In this document: positions 45,169 through 55,449 of the stretch, in pieces | How the letters are laid out: every line of letters starts with the position of its first letter | Numbering within the stretch: position 1 is the stretch's first letter | From: Candidatus Omnitrophota bacterium | Lineage (GTDB): Bacteria; Omnitrophota; Gorgyraeia; Gygaellales; Profunditerraquicolaceae | Assembly: GCA_041650295.1 (NCBI GenBank) | Contig: JBAZLM010000004.1 | Coordinates: 51,860 to 115,859, forward strand | DNA length: 64,000 nt | Direction: 5' to 3' | Made by a program: the position numbers and the translations under genes | Notes under the pieces: model-generated | Database searches by the model: none | Seen by the model: only the letters and a program-made list of their open reading frames with translations | What the model was told of the DNA's origin: nothing

Positions 45169-45897
45169 ATGAAAATTAAAATATTAGTAGTTTTGTTTTT
45201 TGTGGCGTTTTTGAGCGCCAATAGCTATGGGCAGGATGAAAAGGATAAGATAAATAAAAATTTAACTAATCTGCCAGCTACTGCAGCAGCCAGTATTATT
45301 ACTTGTACCGGTGGTCAATATTTGGTTAACGGTAAATGTGAATGTCGTAATAATTTTTATTGGAATGAGCGCCTAAAGCAGTGTCGCCCGATAAGAACCT
45401 GTCCCCCGGGTCAGCATTTAGATCGCGATAAAGATGATTGTGTTGCGAATTGTACAGGCGGTCAGATTATTATTAATGGTAAATGTGAATGTAGGAATAA
45501 TTTTTATTGGAATGAACGTTTAAAACAGTGTCGCCCAGTTAGAACTTGTCCTCCCGGTCAGCATTTAGATCGCGATAAAGATGATTGTGTTGCTGATTGT
45601 ACTGGCGGCCAGATTCTGGTTAATGGTCAATGTCAATGTCGCAATAATTTCTATTGGAATGAGCGCCTAAAGCAGTGTCGCCCGATAAGAACCTGTCCCC
45701 CAGGCCAGGATTTTAATAGGGAACTTGATGACTGCCGTAGTGCTTCCGGCAATGTCGTTCGTCCTCCGGTTCCTCTAGAAAAAAAGCCTTTAGTTGCTAG
45801 TGGCGCAAGACAGATGCCATCGAATCCTTTAGAAAAAGCTGTATTAGTTTCTGAAGATGTTAATCGTCCGCCAGATCCATTGGAAAGAAATCGTTAA
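45169..45897 (+). CDS. Secreted cysteine-rich tandem-repeat protein (three 49-aa repeats with six Cys each, plus a Pro-rich tail)
   Basis: SD AAAGGAGATAG. Signal peptide MKIKILVVLFFVAFLSANSYGQ. Repeat is CTGGQ(Y/I)LVNGKCECRNNFYWNERLKQCRP(I/V)RTCPPGQHLDRDKDDCVA(N/D). The ORF-track start at 45091 overlaps tRNA-His and was rejected. Confidence 0.75.
   Translation: MKIKILVVLFFVAFLSANSYGQDEKDKINKNLTNLPATAAASIITCTGGQYLVNGKCECRNNFYWNERLKQCRPIRTCPPGQHLDRDKDDCVANCTGGQIIINGKCECRNNFYWNERLKQCRPVRTCPPGQHLDRDKDDCVADCTGGQILVNGQCQCRNNFYWNERLKQCRPIRTCPPGQDFNRELDDCRSASGNVVRPPVPLEKKPLVASGARQMPSNPLEKAVLVSEDVNRPPDPLERNR
45304..45744 (+). repeat. Three tandem 147-bp coding repeats within the cysteine-rich protein gene
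   Basis: Units at 45304-45450, 45451-45597 and 45598-45744. Units 1 and 2 are nearly identical at nucleotide level over about 100 nt. Unit 3 diverges at its 3' end. Confidence 0.85.
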
Positions 45898-45965
45898 TAA
45901 GTATTTTTTTAACAACCTGTTTTATTAAATATCAAGATTATTGATTTGTATAAAGGAGGTAACTA

Positions 45966-46640
45966 ATGAAAAAATTATTTGTGTTGTTTATAGCGTTGGC
46001 GATTGTTGGTTGTGCCTCTACCGAACAGGTACCTAATGTTCGTCAGTCAGGATTTTTAGGTGATTACTCAAATTTACATAAAGGCAGAAGTGGGCAGGCG
46101 GAGTTTGTCTATCGTGATTTAAATGCAGATTTTGGTAAGTATCAAAAAATTATTATTGATCCGGTGCAACTTTGGGCAGCTCAAGACGAAGATTCTACTT
46201 TGAGCAAACTTTCTCGTGAAGATCAACAGCTACTGGTAGATTATCTCTTTGTGGCACTTACGGATTCACTAAAAAGAGACTATATTATTGTTAATACCCC
46301 AGGTCCAGATGTAATGCGGATGCGTTGTGCGATTACCGAAGCTCGCGCTGAAAACCAAGTTAGGGACTTGGTTTCCACAGTTTGTCCTTATGGCCTAGGA
46401 ATTAGCTATGCCAAGCGTATTATTACCGGAACCCATAGTGGCGTTGGTGTTGTGAGCATAGAAGGAGAAGTGGTGGATAGTATTACCGGCCAGCGTTTAG
46501 GTGCAGTAATGGATCGACGTGCCGGTACAAAATCAATCTCTGGAAAATTTACTCGCTGGGGAGATGTGCAGGATGCCTTTAATTTTTGGGCACGTCGGAT
46601 TCAGACTAATCTAGCATTATTGCGTGCGCATCAAGTTTGA
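45966..46640 (+). CDS. Putative lipoprotein (possibly DUF3313-like)
   Basis: Lipobox LAIVGC after a typical signal. SD AAGGAGG. Confidence 0.5.
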   Translation: MKKLFVLFIALAIVGCASTEQVPNVRQSGFLGDYSNLHKGRSGQAEFVYRDLNADFGKYQKIIIDPVQLWAAQDEDSTLSKLSREDQQLLVDYLFVALTDSLKRDYIIVNTPGPDVMRMRCAITEARAENQVRDLVSTVCPYGLGISYAKRIITGTHSGVGVVSIEGEVVDSITGQRLGAVMDRRAGTKSISGKFTRWGDVQDAFNFWARRIQTNLALLRAHQV

Positions 46641-46673
46641 GATTTAATAATCCTATCGTTTTAGAGCATTAAA

Positions 46674-47381
46674 TTGAAGAGTATAGATAAGCACATCTCA
46701 TTTATTTTTCTAATTTTAATTCTGTTTTTATCTGGCTGTGCGACAGAATTAAATAGTAGAGAAATAATTTTATCTACGCAAGTTCAAAGTAAGCCCCAGG
46801 GTACTTTAAAAAATCCTATTATTGATAGTAATATTTCATTAGCGCAAGCATTAAAGAAATATGCGCCGCCTGAATTTAAAAGAAGACAAAAGTTAATTAA
46901 TTTAATTTACTATTCTTTTGACGGAAAAGTTCATCAAGGACAATTACTAATTGATGAGCGGTTGATAGGAGACATCCAAGAAGTATTTCGTGTGGCCTTA
47001 GAAAATAAATTTCCAATTTATTCAGTTATTCCAATCTCAAGTGAAAAATTTTTTAAAGATGGTAAATTTAATGAAGATGATCAATCAATGATGGCCAATA
47101 ATACTTCGGCGTTTAATTATCGAACAGCTGCGGGCAGCAAAAAACTTTCTAAACACGCTTTTGGTTTTGCTATTGATATTAATCCGGTGCAAAACCCCTA
47201 TATTAAAGGAGAGGTTGTCTTACCTCCTCAGGCTGTTTATGATATAAATCAACCCGGGACATTGGGACCGGATTCCATAATTGTAAAAACCTTTATACGT
47301 TTAGGATGGACCTGGGGAGGTAATTGGAAGTCTTTAAAAGATTATCAGCATTTTGAAAAAGTATTAGATACCGATATTTAG
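46674..47381 (+). CDS. Peptidase M15 family (VanY / LD-carboxypeptidase-like) lipoprotein
   Basis: TTG start. Lipobox LFLSGC. Zinc-site motifs SKHAFGFAID and GGNW...DYQHFE. Confidence 0.65.
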   Translation: MKSIDKHISFIFLILILFLSGCATELNSREIILSTQVQSKPQGTLKNPIIDSNISLAQALKKYAPPEFKRRQKLINLIYYSFDGKVHQGQLLIDERLIGDIQEVFRVALENKFPIYSVIPISSEKFFKDGKFNEDDQSMMANNTSAFNYRTAAGSKKLSKHAFGFAIDINPVQNPYIKGEVVLPPQAVYDINQPGTLGPDSIIVKTFIRLGWTWGGNWKSLKDYQHFEKVLDTDI

Positions 47382-47394
47382 AGGAGGTTGACTG

Positions 47395-50300
47395 ATGGCT
47401 AGAAGAAGCGATATTCATAAAATTTTAATTATTGGCTCTGGCCCGATTATTATTGGCCAGGCTTGTGAGTTTGATTATTCCGGTACCCAGGCCTGTAAAG
47501 CATTGCGTGAAGAAGGGTATGAAATTATCTTAGTGAATTCTAATCCGGCTACGATTATGACTGATCCGGGGATCGCCGATCATACTTATATTGAGCCGTT
47601 GACGGTTGAGAGCGTGACTAAAATTATCATTAAAGAAAAACCGGATGCGCTTTTGCCAAATTTAGGCGGTCAAACTGGATTAAATCTTGCTTCGGCATTA
47701 CATAAAGCTGGGGTCTTAAAAAAATATAATGTAAAGATTATCGGGGTACAGGCAGATGCGATTGAGCGTGGCGAGGATCGCGAGGCTTTTAAGGATGAGA
47801 TGAAAAAACTGGGGATTCCTGTGCCGCTCTCTAAGATCTGTCTTTCTGAAGACGAGGCATTAAAAGTTGCTAAGGAGTTAGGTTATCCGGTGGTGGTGCG
47901 TCCGGCTTATACGATGGGCGGTACCGGAGGCGGGATTGCTTATAATGTTGAAGATTTATTGATTTTATCGCGCCGAGGTCTTAATGCTAGTTTGATTCAT
48001 CAGATTTTACTTGAAGAAGCGGTAGTGGGATGGGAGGAATTAGAGCTTGAGGTTGTGCGTGATGAAAAGAATCGCATGATTACAGTTTGTTTTATTGAAA
48101 ATATTGATGCGATGGGGGTGCACACCGGAGATAGTTTTTGTGTTGCTCCGATGTTAACTGTTCCGCAAGAACTACAGAAGAGAATGCAAAATTTTTCGTA
48201 TAAAATTGTAGAGGCGATCGGAGTAATCGGGGGTACCAATGTGCAGTTTGCGCATAACCCTAAAGATGATCGCTTAGTGGTTATTGAAATTAATCCGCGC
48301 ACTTCACGTTCTTCGGCGCTGGCTTCCAAAGCAACAGGGTTTCCCATTGCTCGTGTTTCTACGAAATTGGCGGCAGGATTAAATCTCGATGAAATTCCTT
48401 ATTGGCGAAAAAATACTTTAGATCAATATGAGCCTTGGGGAGAATATGTGGTGGTTAAATTTGCGCGCTGGGCATTTGAAAAATTCACTCAAGCCAAAGA
48501 TATTTTAGGGACACAAATGAAGGCAGTTGGCGAAGTAATGAGTATTGGCAAGACTTTTAAAGAAACATTTCAGAAATCTATCCGTTCCCTTGAGTCTGGT
48601 CGTTATGGCTTAGGATTTGCTAAAGATTTTAATAGCTTATCTTTGGATGAATTAAAATCTAAGTTGGCATATCCTTCTAGTGAGCGGGTTTTTCTGATGT
48701 ATGAGGCATTACGAAAAGGAATGAGCGTTGAAGAGTTACATAAGCTTACCTATATCGGTGTTTATTTTATTACACAAATGCAAGAGTTGGTAAAATTTGA
48801 AGAAGAGTTGATTAAAACTGGCTGGAAAAATATCTCTGAGCAAAATTTACGTCAAGCCAAGGAATGGGGATTTAGTGATAAATATCTAGCCAAGATATTT
48901 AAAGTAAAAGAATTAGAAATAAGGACGCAACGTAAAAAAATTGTCGGCAATGCGCGTTTTGAACCGGTTCCGGTAAGCGGGGTAAAAAATGCTGCGTATT
49001 ATTATTCGACGTATTCGCCAGGTAAAGATCAGGTTGCGGTTTCAAATAAAAAGAAAATTCTTATTTTAGGAAGTGGTCCTAATCGGATTGGTCAAGGAAT
49101 CGAATTTGATTATACCTGTGTACATGCAGCATTTGCTTTGCGTGATGCAGGAATTGAAACAATAATGGTTAATTGTAATCCTGAAACGGTATCGACAGAT
49201 TATGATACTTCGGATAAGCTATATTTTGAACCTTTGACCGTAGAGGATGTATTAACAATTTGGGAAAAAGAAAAACCAGATGGAGCGATTGTGCAGTTTG
49301 GCGGTCAAACTCCCTTAAACATAGCTGCTGAACTTGAAGAGAATGGAGTTAAAATTTTAGGTACTAGTCCGCGTAGTATTGCTTTTGCGGAGGACCGCGA
49401 ATTATTCCGACAGAAGATGATTGAATTAGGTATCCGTCAGACTGAAGGGGCAACTGCCTTTTCTTTAGAAGAGGCAATTAAAATTGCCAATCGCATCGGT
49501 TATCCAGTGATGGTGCGGCCTTCATTTGTTTTAGGTGGTCGGGGAATGGAGGTTATTTACGATGAACAGATGCTGACAAAATATGCTAAGGAGGCGATTA
49601 AAGTTAGTCCTGAATATCCGATGCTTATCGATCGATTTTTAGACAACGCGGTTGAGTGTGAGGTGGATGCGCTTTGTGACGGAGAAGATGTATTTGTGGC
49701 TTCGGTGATGGAACATATCGAACATGCCGGAATTCATTCAGGTGACTCTGCCTGTACGATTCCGCCGCGTACGATTAAGCCAGAGCACCTTAAAATTATT
49801 GATGACTGGACTAAAAGCATTGCCAAGGAATTAAAAGTAATCGGGTTGATTAATATTCAATTTGCTATTTGTGAAGATAAAGTTTATATCCTAGAAGCTA
49901 ATCCGCGGGCATCTCGCACGGTGCCCTTGGTGGCTAAGACGATGGGGATTGCGCTTTCTCGGGTGGCTACGCAATTAATGTTAGGAAAAAAAATTAGCGA
50001 TTTTGCGGAACTGATTCCTCGTAAACTTCCTTATGTTATCGTTAAAGAAGCGGTATTTCCTTTTAATATGTTTCCTGAAGTTGATCCGGTGTTAGGCCCG
50101 GAGATGCGCGCCACCGGAGAGGTGATGGGGATCGATCAGGATTTCGGATTAGCTTTTTTTAAAGCCGAAGAGTCAGCCGGAGCAAGGTTACCGTTAGAGG
50201 GGAGTGTTTTAATTACGGTAACGGACAAAGATAAATCGCAAGTTTTACCTTTAGCGGATAAATTATCAAAATTAGGTTTTAAAATTTTGGCTACTGAAAA

Positions 50301-50613
50301 CACGCAACGTTTTTTAAAAGAGAATAAGGTTAATTCGGTTTTGGTTAAGAAGTTGCATGAGGGCAGACCAAATATTTCCGATGCCATTAAGAATAAAGAG
50401 ATAAATTTAATTATTAACACTCCGATTGGTAGAAAGAGTATTTATGATGATAGCTATATCCGCATGTTGGCGATTCAGTATAAAATCCCTTATGTAACTA
50501 CTCTTGAGGCTGCCCGGGCTACGGTTGCCGGAATTGATGCGGTAAAAACTAAAGAAAGTCAACCTAAGTCGCTACAAGAGTATCATCAGCTGTTAAAGCA
50601 GGTAAATGAATAA
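47395..50613 (+). CDS. carB: Carbamoyl-phosphate synthase large subunit
   Basis: 1072 aa with duplicated ATP-grasp halves and an MGS-like C-terminus. Canonical N-terminus KILIIGSGPIIIGQACEFDYSGTQA. Confidence 0.95.
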   Translation: MARRSDIHKILIIGSGPIIIGQACEFDYSGTQACKALREEGYEIILVNSNPATIMTDPGIADHTYIEPLTVESVTKIIIKEKPDALLPNLGGQTGLNLASALHKAGVLKKYNVKIIGVQADAIERGEDREAFKDEMKKLGIPVPLSKICLSEDEALKVAKELGYPVVVRPAYTMGGTGGGIAYNVEDLLILSRRGLNASLIHQILLEEAVVGWEELELEVVRDEKNRMITVCFIENIDAMGVHTGDSFCVAPMLTVPQELQKRMQNFSYKIVEAIGVIGGTNVQFAHNPKDDRLVVIEINPRTSRSSALASKATGFPIARVSTKLAAGLNLDEIPYWRKNTLDQYEPWGEYVVVKFARWAFEKFTQAKDILGTQMKAVGEVMSIGKTFKETFQKSIRSLESGRYGLGFAKDFNSLSLDELKSKLAYPSSERVFLMYEALRKGMSVEELHKLTYIGVYFITQMQELVKFEEELIKTGWKNISEQNLRQAKEWGFSDKYLAKIFKVKELEIRTQRKKIVGNARFEPVPVSGVKNAAYYYSTYSPGKDQVAVSNKKKILILGSGPNRIGQGIEFDYTCVHAAFALRDAGIETIMVNCNPETVSTDYDTSDKLYFEPLTVEDVLTIWEKEKPDGAIVQFGGQTPLNIAAELEENGVKILGTSPRSIAFAEDRELFRQKMIELGIRQTEGATAFSLEEAIKIANRIGYPVMVRPSFVLGGRGMEVIYDEQMLTKYAKEAIKVSPEYPMLIDRFLDNAVECEVDALCDGEDVFVASVMEHIEHAGIHSGDSACTIPPRTIKPEHLKIIDDWTKSIAKELKVIGLINIQFAICEDKVYILEANPRASRTVPLVAKTMGIALSRVATQLMLGKKISDFAELIPRKLPYVIVKEAVFPFNMFPEVDPVLGPEMRATGEVMGIDQDFGLAFFKAEESAGARLPLEGSVLITVTDKDKSQVLPLADKLSKLGFKILATENTQRFLKENKVNSVLVKKLHEGRPNISDAIKNKEINLIINTPIGRKSIYDDSYIRMLAIQYKIPYVTTLEAARATVAGIDAVKTKESQPKSLQEYHQLLKQVNE

Positions 50614-50647
50614 ATTATTTTTTTAACACTAACTATCAATATTAAGT

Positions 50648-51277
50648 ATGGATGAGTTTTTAATAAATAATAAAAAAAAGTTTAGAAAACTTGTAGTTCA
50701 TATTAAAAACTTACGAAAGTGCCGTAAATGTAAAAAGATGCATCTTCCGGTGGTTAGCGGTGGAGCAGTGGTTAGTAATGTTTTATTGGTTGGCCAGGCT
50801 CCGGGAGATAAAGAGCCAAAGTTAGGCCGACCATTTGCTTGGACAGCAGGGAAAACTCTTTTTGGTTGGTTTGAGGAAGCTGCAGGGATTACGGAAGAAA
50901 AGTTTCGTGCTTCTATATATATGGCTGCAGTTTGTCGATGTTTTCCAGGAAAAAATCCGCAAGGTGGAGATCGGGTTCCAACACCGCAAGAGATATTGAA
51001 TTGTTCAGCTTGGCTTAATCGTGAACTAATTATCTTAAAGCCAAGATTAGTTATCCCGGTGGGGAAGTTAGCGATTGCACAATTTATTTCTTTAGAGAAG
51101 TTAGATCAGATTATTGGTAAAAAATTTATAGTAACTAAAAACGGATGCTCTTTTGATCTAATTCCTTTACCACATCCTTCAGGGGCTTCCCCTTGGCATC
51201 GTAAAGAACCAGGGAAAAGTTTATTAAAAAAGGCAATGAAACTAATTGCCAGGCACTCAGCGTTAAATTTAAAGTAG
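50648..51277 (+). CDS. Uracil-DNA glycosylase superfamily protein (family 4/5-like)
   Basis: Motif A-like GQAPGDKE and C-terminal HPS motif (LPHPSGAS). N-terminal Cys cluster CRKCKK. Confidence 0.65.
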   Translation: MDEFLINNKKKFRKLVVHIKNLRKCRKCKKMHLPVVSGGAVVSNVLLVGQAPGDKEPKLGRPFAWTAGKTLFGWFEEAAGITEEKFRASIYMAAVCRCFPGKNPQGGDRVPTPQEILNCSAWLNRELIILKPRLVIPVGKLAIAQFISLEKLDQIIGKKFIVTKNGCSFDLIPLPHPSGASPWHRKEPGKSLLKKAMKLIARHSALNLK

Positions 51278-51285
51278 GTGATATT

Positions 51286-51489
51286 ATGGATTTTCAATTA
51301 AAATCTGAGTTTATCGAGTTAGATAATCTACTTAAAACGTTAGAGTTGGTGGTTAATGGTGCGCAGGCTAAACAAGTTATTTTGGCCGGCGAAGTTAAGG
51401 TCAATGGCCAGGTAGAAAGTCGGATTCGGCGTAAGCTGCGTTTAGGCGATCAGGTTGAGTTTGGAGAAAATTTAATCAAGATTATTTAG
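51286..51489 (+). CDS. S4-domain RNA-binding protein (YbcJ/RqcP-like)
   Basis: 67-aa S4-like fold (VNGQVESRIRRKLRLGDQV). Confidence 0.6.
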   Translation: MDFQLKSEFIELDNLLKTLELVVNGAQAKQVILAGEVKVNGQVESRIRRKLRLGDQVEFGENLIKII

Positions 51490-51513
51490 TAAATTATTTA
51501 GAGCAAAGATAAA

Positions 51514-52275
51514 ATGAAGATAATTAGAAGATTTTTTTTGGTATTGGGGGTATTTTTTCTAGCTGTAGTTATTTTACTGGTGAGCACATTTGTAATTATT
51601 AAACGGCTTAAGATTAAAGATATCGTTGAGCAACAAATTGAGCAAAGTTTAGGGATTGACGTAAATATTGAGGAGATAGCATTTTCTCCTTTATTAGCAC
51701 ATATTTCGGCTAAAGGTATAACTGTAATGAACCCTGAAAATTTTGCTGAGCCAGAGTTAGCTTATATTGAAGCGATTCATTTGTTAATTGATCCTATTGA
51801 AATTTTAGTAAGCAAAAAACCTAATATTTATGTTTTAGCGCTAAATCTTAAACGTTTAAATATTATAAAGAATAAAGAAGGAAAGGTTAACATTAAAGAA
51901 CTTATCCCGATTAAAAATGATAATAAAGTTGTGGAAGATAAAACTCCGTTTTATTTTGATATGTTAGTGTTAAGCGTCGGTCAAGTGCGGCTTGCTGATT
52001 ATAGTGGAGAAAAAATTAAAGAGCATATTTATCCGATTGGGATAAAAGATGCTACGTTTATCATGCTTAAAGATGAGCAAGATGTAGTTAGATTAATTGT
52101 CTCTAAGGCAATTGAAAATACAGATATTGGTAAAATTATTAATTTAAAAATTATTCCAGTAGTTTCTCAAATTAATGATACTTTTAATTCTGCCTGGGGA
52201 ACGGCTAAAGTAGGAGCAAAAAGCATTTGGGGGATTGTGGCTTTGCCTTATAATTTAGTGTTTGGTAAAAATTAG
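51514..52275 (+). CDS. Membrane-anchored hypothetical protein (AsmA/DUF748-like N-terminus)
   Basis: Single N-terminal TM followed by a beta-rich domain. Pattern similar to the 43656..44873 protein. Confidence 0.4.
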   Translation: MKIIRRFFLVLGVFFLAVVILLVSTFVIIKRLKIKDIVEQQIEQSLGIDVNIEEIAFSPLLAHISAKGITVMNPENFAEPELAYIEAIHLLIDPIEILVSKKPNIYVLALNLKRLNIIKNKEGKVNIKELIPIKNDNKVVEDKTPFYFDMLVLSVGQVRLADYSGEKIKEHIYPIGIKDATFIMLKDEQDVVRLIVSKAIENTDIGKIINLKIIPVVSQINDTFNSAWGTAKVGAKSIWGIVALPYNLVFGKN

Positions 52276-52327
52276 GTATATTTTTTAATAGGAATATTAT
52301 TGATATATCTAAGCATTCAGCTTATAA

Positions 52328-52819
52328 TTGACCAAGGTGGATAAAAAATCATTAGTTAGTCGCATAAAAAGGTTAGTAAAATTAATTTATCTTAAGTTTT
52401 TTAGGATAAATGATACTCCGGCTAAGATTGCTTTAGGTTTTGGATTAGGTGTTTTTATCGGAGTTATGCCGGCGGTGGGGCCAGTTATTGCATTATTTTT
52501 GGCTTTTTTATTGCGTATAAATCGTGCTAGCGCACTTTTAGGTAGTATTTTATCTAATACCTGGGTGGGGTTTCTGGTGCTTTTATTTGCAATCAAAACC
52601 GGTTCTTTAGTATTAGGAGTTAATTATCAAGACGTATATTTTAATTGGAATCAATTATTTAAAGATTTTAAGTGGGAAAGATTTTTTGAAGCTTCGATAT
52701 TAAAAGTTTTAGTTCCCATTGGCGTTGGTTATTTAATAATTTCATTAATTTTCGCAGTTGTAGCAACTTTGTTAGTTTATATAATTGTAAAGGTAATTGG
52801 AGTTAAGAAAAATATTTGA
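52328..52819 (+). CDS. DUF2062 family membrane protein
   Basis: Conserved DUF2062 core (PAKIALGFGLGVFIGVMP...). A paralogue lies at 55439..55876. Confidence 0.6.
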   Translation: MTKVDKKSLVSRIKRLVKLIYLKFFRINDTPAKIALGFGLGVFIGVMPAVGPVIALFLAFLLRINRASALLGSILSNTWVGFLVLLFAIKTGSLVLGVNYQDVYFNWNQLFKDFKWERFFEASILKVLVPIGVGYLIISLIFAVVATLLVYIIVKVIGVKKNI

Positions 52820-52855
52820 TTTTAAAGTAGTTGAAATCTTAAGTTTATTATAAAT

Positions 52856-53740
52856 ATGAAAAAAAATCTTTCCGCGCATTATTTAAAAATTCAACGTGTA
52901 CTTTGGATAGTTTTATTTTTGAATTGGGCAGTAGCATTGTCTAAAATTATTTTCGGTTTAGTTAGTCGTTCCTCCAGTATGACTGCTGACGGATTTCATT
53001 CTTTTTCGGATGGAGCGTCAAATATTGTGGGTTTGGTAGGAGTGGCTATTGCTTCTCATCCCAAAGATGCGGACCATCCTTATGGACATAAAAAGTTTGA
53101 GACATTTTTTTCGTTAGGTATTGCTTTTATGTTGGGTTTAGTTTGTTTTGAATTATTGCAAGAAGGTTTTCGTAGATTAACTAGCCCTAGAATTCCGGAT
53201 GTTACTATTTATAGTTTTGTGGTGATGATTGTAACTATAATTGTTAATATTATGGTTATGCATTATGAGCGCACCAAAGGAAGAGAGCTATCTAGCGATA
53301 TTTTAGTTTCAGATGCAATGCATACTAAAGCAGATATTCTTACCTCATGCTCAGTTATTATCTCTTTGTTTGCGGTAAAATTGGGCTTTCCTGTTTTAGA
53401 TGCAATTACGACTTTGTTAATTGCATTATTTATTGCGCATGCTGCCTATGAAATCATTAAAGCTGGTAGTCGTACACTTTGTGATGAAACGGTGATTAAG
53501 GATACTAGTAAAATTGAGCAGTTGGTTTTAAGTGTAAGTGGGGTCCAGGTATGCCATCGGATACGTTCTCGGGGTCGTCCGGATGATGTATATTTAGATT
53601 TACATGTGCATTTGGATGCAAAATTATCTTTGGAGAAAGTGCATAAGATTAGCCATGATATCGAGCGTAAAATTAAAGAAAATTTTTCAGAAGTAAGTGA
53701 CGTGATTGTGCATGTAGAGCCAATCGTCAATAATGTTTAA
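52856..53740 (+). CDS. Cation diffusion facilitator (CDF) family metal efflux transporter
   Basis: Six TM, with a HSFSDG motif in TM2 and H/D-rich C-terminal cytoplasmic domain. Confidence 0.8.
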   Translation: MKKNLSAHYLKIQRVLWIVLFLNWAVALSKIIFGLVSRSSSMTADGFHSFSDGASNIVGLVGVAIASHPKDADHPYGHKKFETFFSLGIAFMLGLVCFELLQEGFRRLTSPRIPDVTIYSFVVMIVTIIVNIMVMHYERTKGRELSSDILVSDAMHTKADILTSCSVIISLFAVKLGFPVLDAITTLLIALFIAHAAYEIIKAGSRTLCDETVIKDTSKIEQLVLSVSGVQVCHRIRSRGRPDDVYLDLHVHLDAKLSLEKVHKISHDIERKIKENFSEVSDVIVHVEPIVNNV

Positions 53741-53758
53741 TCTTAAAAAGGAGGAGTA

Positions 53759-54337
53759 ATGGGTAAGTCAATTAAAGGAAGTAAAACTGAGGGTAATCTT
53801 TTGAAGTCATTTGCCGGAGAGTCTCAGGCACGCAATCGTTATACTTATTTTGCTTCAGTAGCTAAAAAAGAAGGATTTGAACAAATCTCGCGTATTTTTT
53901 TAGAAACTGCAGAGAATGAAAAGGAACATGCCAAAGTTTTTTTTAAGTATCTTGAAGGTGGGGATTTAGAAATTACCGCAAGTTATCCTGCTGGGGCGTT
54001 AAAAGATACTAAAGCTAATCTTGAAGAAGCGGCGGCAGGGGAAAATATGGAATGGACAGTCCTTTATCAGGATTTTGCTCTGACTGCTAAAAATGAGGGC
54101 TTTGCTGATGTGGCTAAGTCATTTGAGCAGATCGCAAAAGTAGAAAGATTTCATGAAGCACGTTATCGTAAGTTAATTAGTAATATTGCTAGTCAAGAAG
54201 TATTTAAAAAGAAGGCGCCGGTGAAATGGCATTGTATTAATTGTGGTTATGTCTTTGAAGGTGCTCAAGCCCCAGAACAATGCCCGGCCTGTAAGCATCC
54301 CCAGGCATTTTATGAAGTATTAGCAGAAAATTATTAA
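53759..54337 (+). CDS. rbr: Rubrerythrin (ferritin-like diiron domain plus C-terminal rubredoxin-like CxxC...CxxC)
   Basis: SD AAAGGAGGAG. ExxH diiron motifs. C-terminal CINCGY...CPACKHP. Confidence 0.85.
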   Translation: MGKSIKGSKTEGNLLKSFAGESQARNRYTYFASVAKKEGFEQISRIFLETAENEKEHAKVFFKYLEGGDLEITASYPAGALKDTKANLEEAAAGENMEWTVLYQDFALTAKNEGFADVAKSFEQIAKVERFHEARYRKLISNIASQEVFKKKAPVKWHCINCGYVFEGAQAPEQCPACKHPQAFYEVLAENY

Positions 54338-54371
54338 AAAGCCATTTTAGGTATAAAAATAGGGGGTAAAG

Positions 54372-54770
54372 ATGTCGGAATTTAAAGATTTATTGCAAAG
54401 TGCGGATTGGAAAACTGAGAAACATGTCCCGGTTATCCAGTTGCCACCAGTGATTAAAAAAGGAGAGTTTTTTAAGATAGCAGCAACTGTGGGTAAAGAG
54501 ATTGCTCATCCGAATAAAACCGAACACCATATCCGCTGGATAGAAATTTATTTTTTACCGGAAGGTGAAAAATTTGTGCTGCAAATTGGTAAAGCGGAGT
54601 TTTCTGCGCACGGAGAATCGCCCAAAGGTCCGGATACTAGTTCAATATATACTCATCCACAGGTAGAATTTAATTTTAAGACGGAAAAATCAGGAATTGT
54701 TTATGCTACTAGTTATTGTAATATACACGGTTTATGGCAAAGTGCTCAAGCAGTAAAAATAGCGGAATAA
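54372..54770 (+). CDS. sor: Superoxide reductase (neelaredoxin/desulfoferrodoxin centre II type)
   Basis: KHVPVI, HPNKTEHHIRWIE and CNIHGLW ligand motifs. Confidence 0.8.
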   Translation: MSEFKDLLQSADWKTEKHVPVIQLPPVIKKGEFFKIAATVGKEIAHPNKTEHHIRWIEIYFLPEGEKFVLQIGKAEFSAHGESPKGPDTSSIYTHPQVEFNFKTEKSGIVYATSYCNIHGLWQSAQAVKIAE

Positions 54771-54792
54771 TCGCAAAAAAAGAGAGGATTTA

Positions 54793-55449
54793 ATGCGTAG
54801 ATTTATATGGATATTGTTAACTGTGTTTTTTATTTTAGTAGCATTAATTATTTTTCTCTTTTCTCAATATCGTTTTAACAGTGCTTTAAATCAAACGCGT
54901 CAACGTTTGATGTTGATTGCTACGAATGCAGCGATTTCTATTGATGCTGATCAATTACAGAAAATTCCTTTACTCCAAAGTAGCGAAGGCACACCAGAGT
55001 ATATGGTTGTTTATAATAAACTGGTTAAAATTAAAGAAGCTAATCCTTCGTTTGTTAAGTATGCTTATATTATGACTACTACAGATCAGCCATATATTTT
55101 GCAATATATAGCTGATGCTGATCCTACACCACAGATTATTACCGCTAGATGTCCGACTTCTTTACCTGGTGATAAGTATGATGCTAGTTTATCTCCTGAA
55201 CTATTACGTGCTTATGATGGGCCGACTGCTGAGAAAAAGATTACTACTGATGTTTGGGGGACATTTATCTCTGGATATGCGCCGATTCGTGATCTTAATG
55301 GTAAGTCGGTGGCGATATTAGGGGTAGATAGTGATGCCACAGCGCTACAGGCTATGCAAAAAGATTTAAAAGTGACTGGGACAGTAGTATTAATTGCCGG
55401 TGTAGTATTTCTCCTCTCATTTCTAACCTTAATTAAATTTGAAATTTAA
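54793..55449 (+). CDS. Membrane protein with a periplasmic sensor-like (Cache-like) domain between two TM helices and no output domain
   Basis: TM at each end with about 170 aa of mixed alpha/beta between them (pattern of extracytoplasmic sensor domains). Confidence 0.4.
   Translation: MRRFIWILLTVFFILVALIIFLFSQYRFNSALNQTRQRLMLIATNAAISIDADQLQKIPLLQSSEGTPEYMVVYNKLVKIKEANPSFVKYAYIMTTTDQPYILQYIADADPTPQIITARCPTSLPGDKYDASLSPELLRAYDGPTAEKKITTDVWGTFISGYAPIRDLNGKSVAILGVDSDATALQAMQKDLKVTGTVVLIAGVVFLLSFLTLIKFEI

Noticed and set aside
45304-45744. Possible CRISPR-like array, suggested by regularly spaced near-identical repeats.
   Set aside because: The repeats are 147 bp, contiguous with no spacers, and in frame within a secreted-protein gene. 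They encode a conserved Cys pattern. There are no cas genes, so this is a coding tandem repeat.
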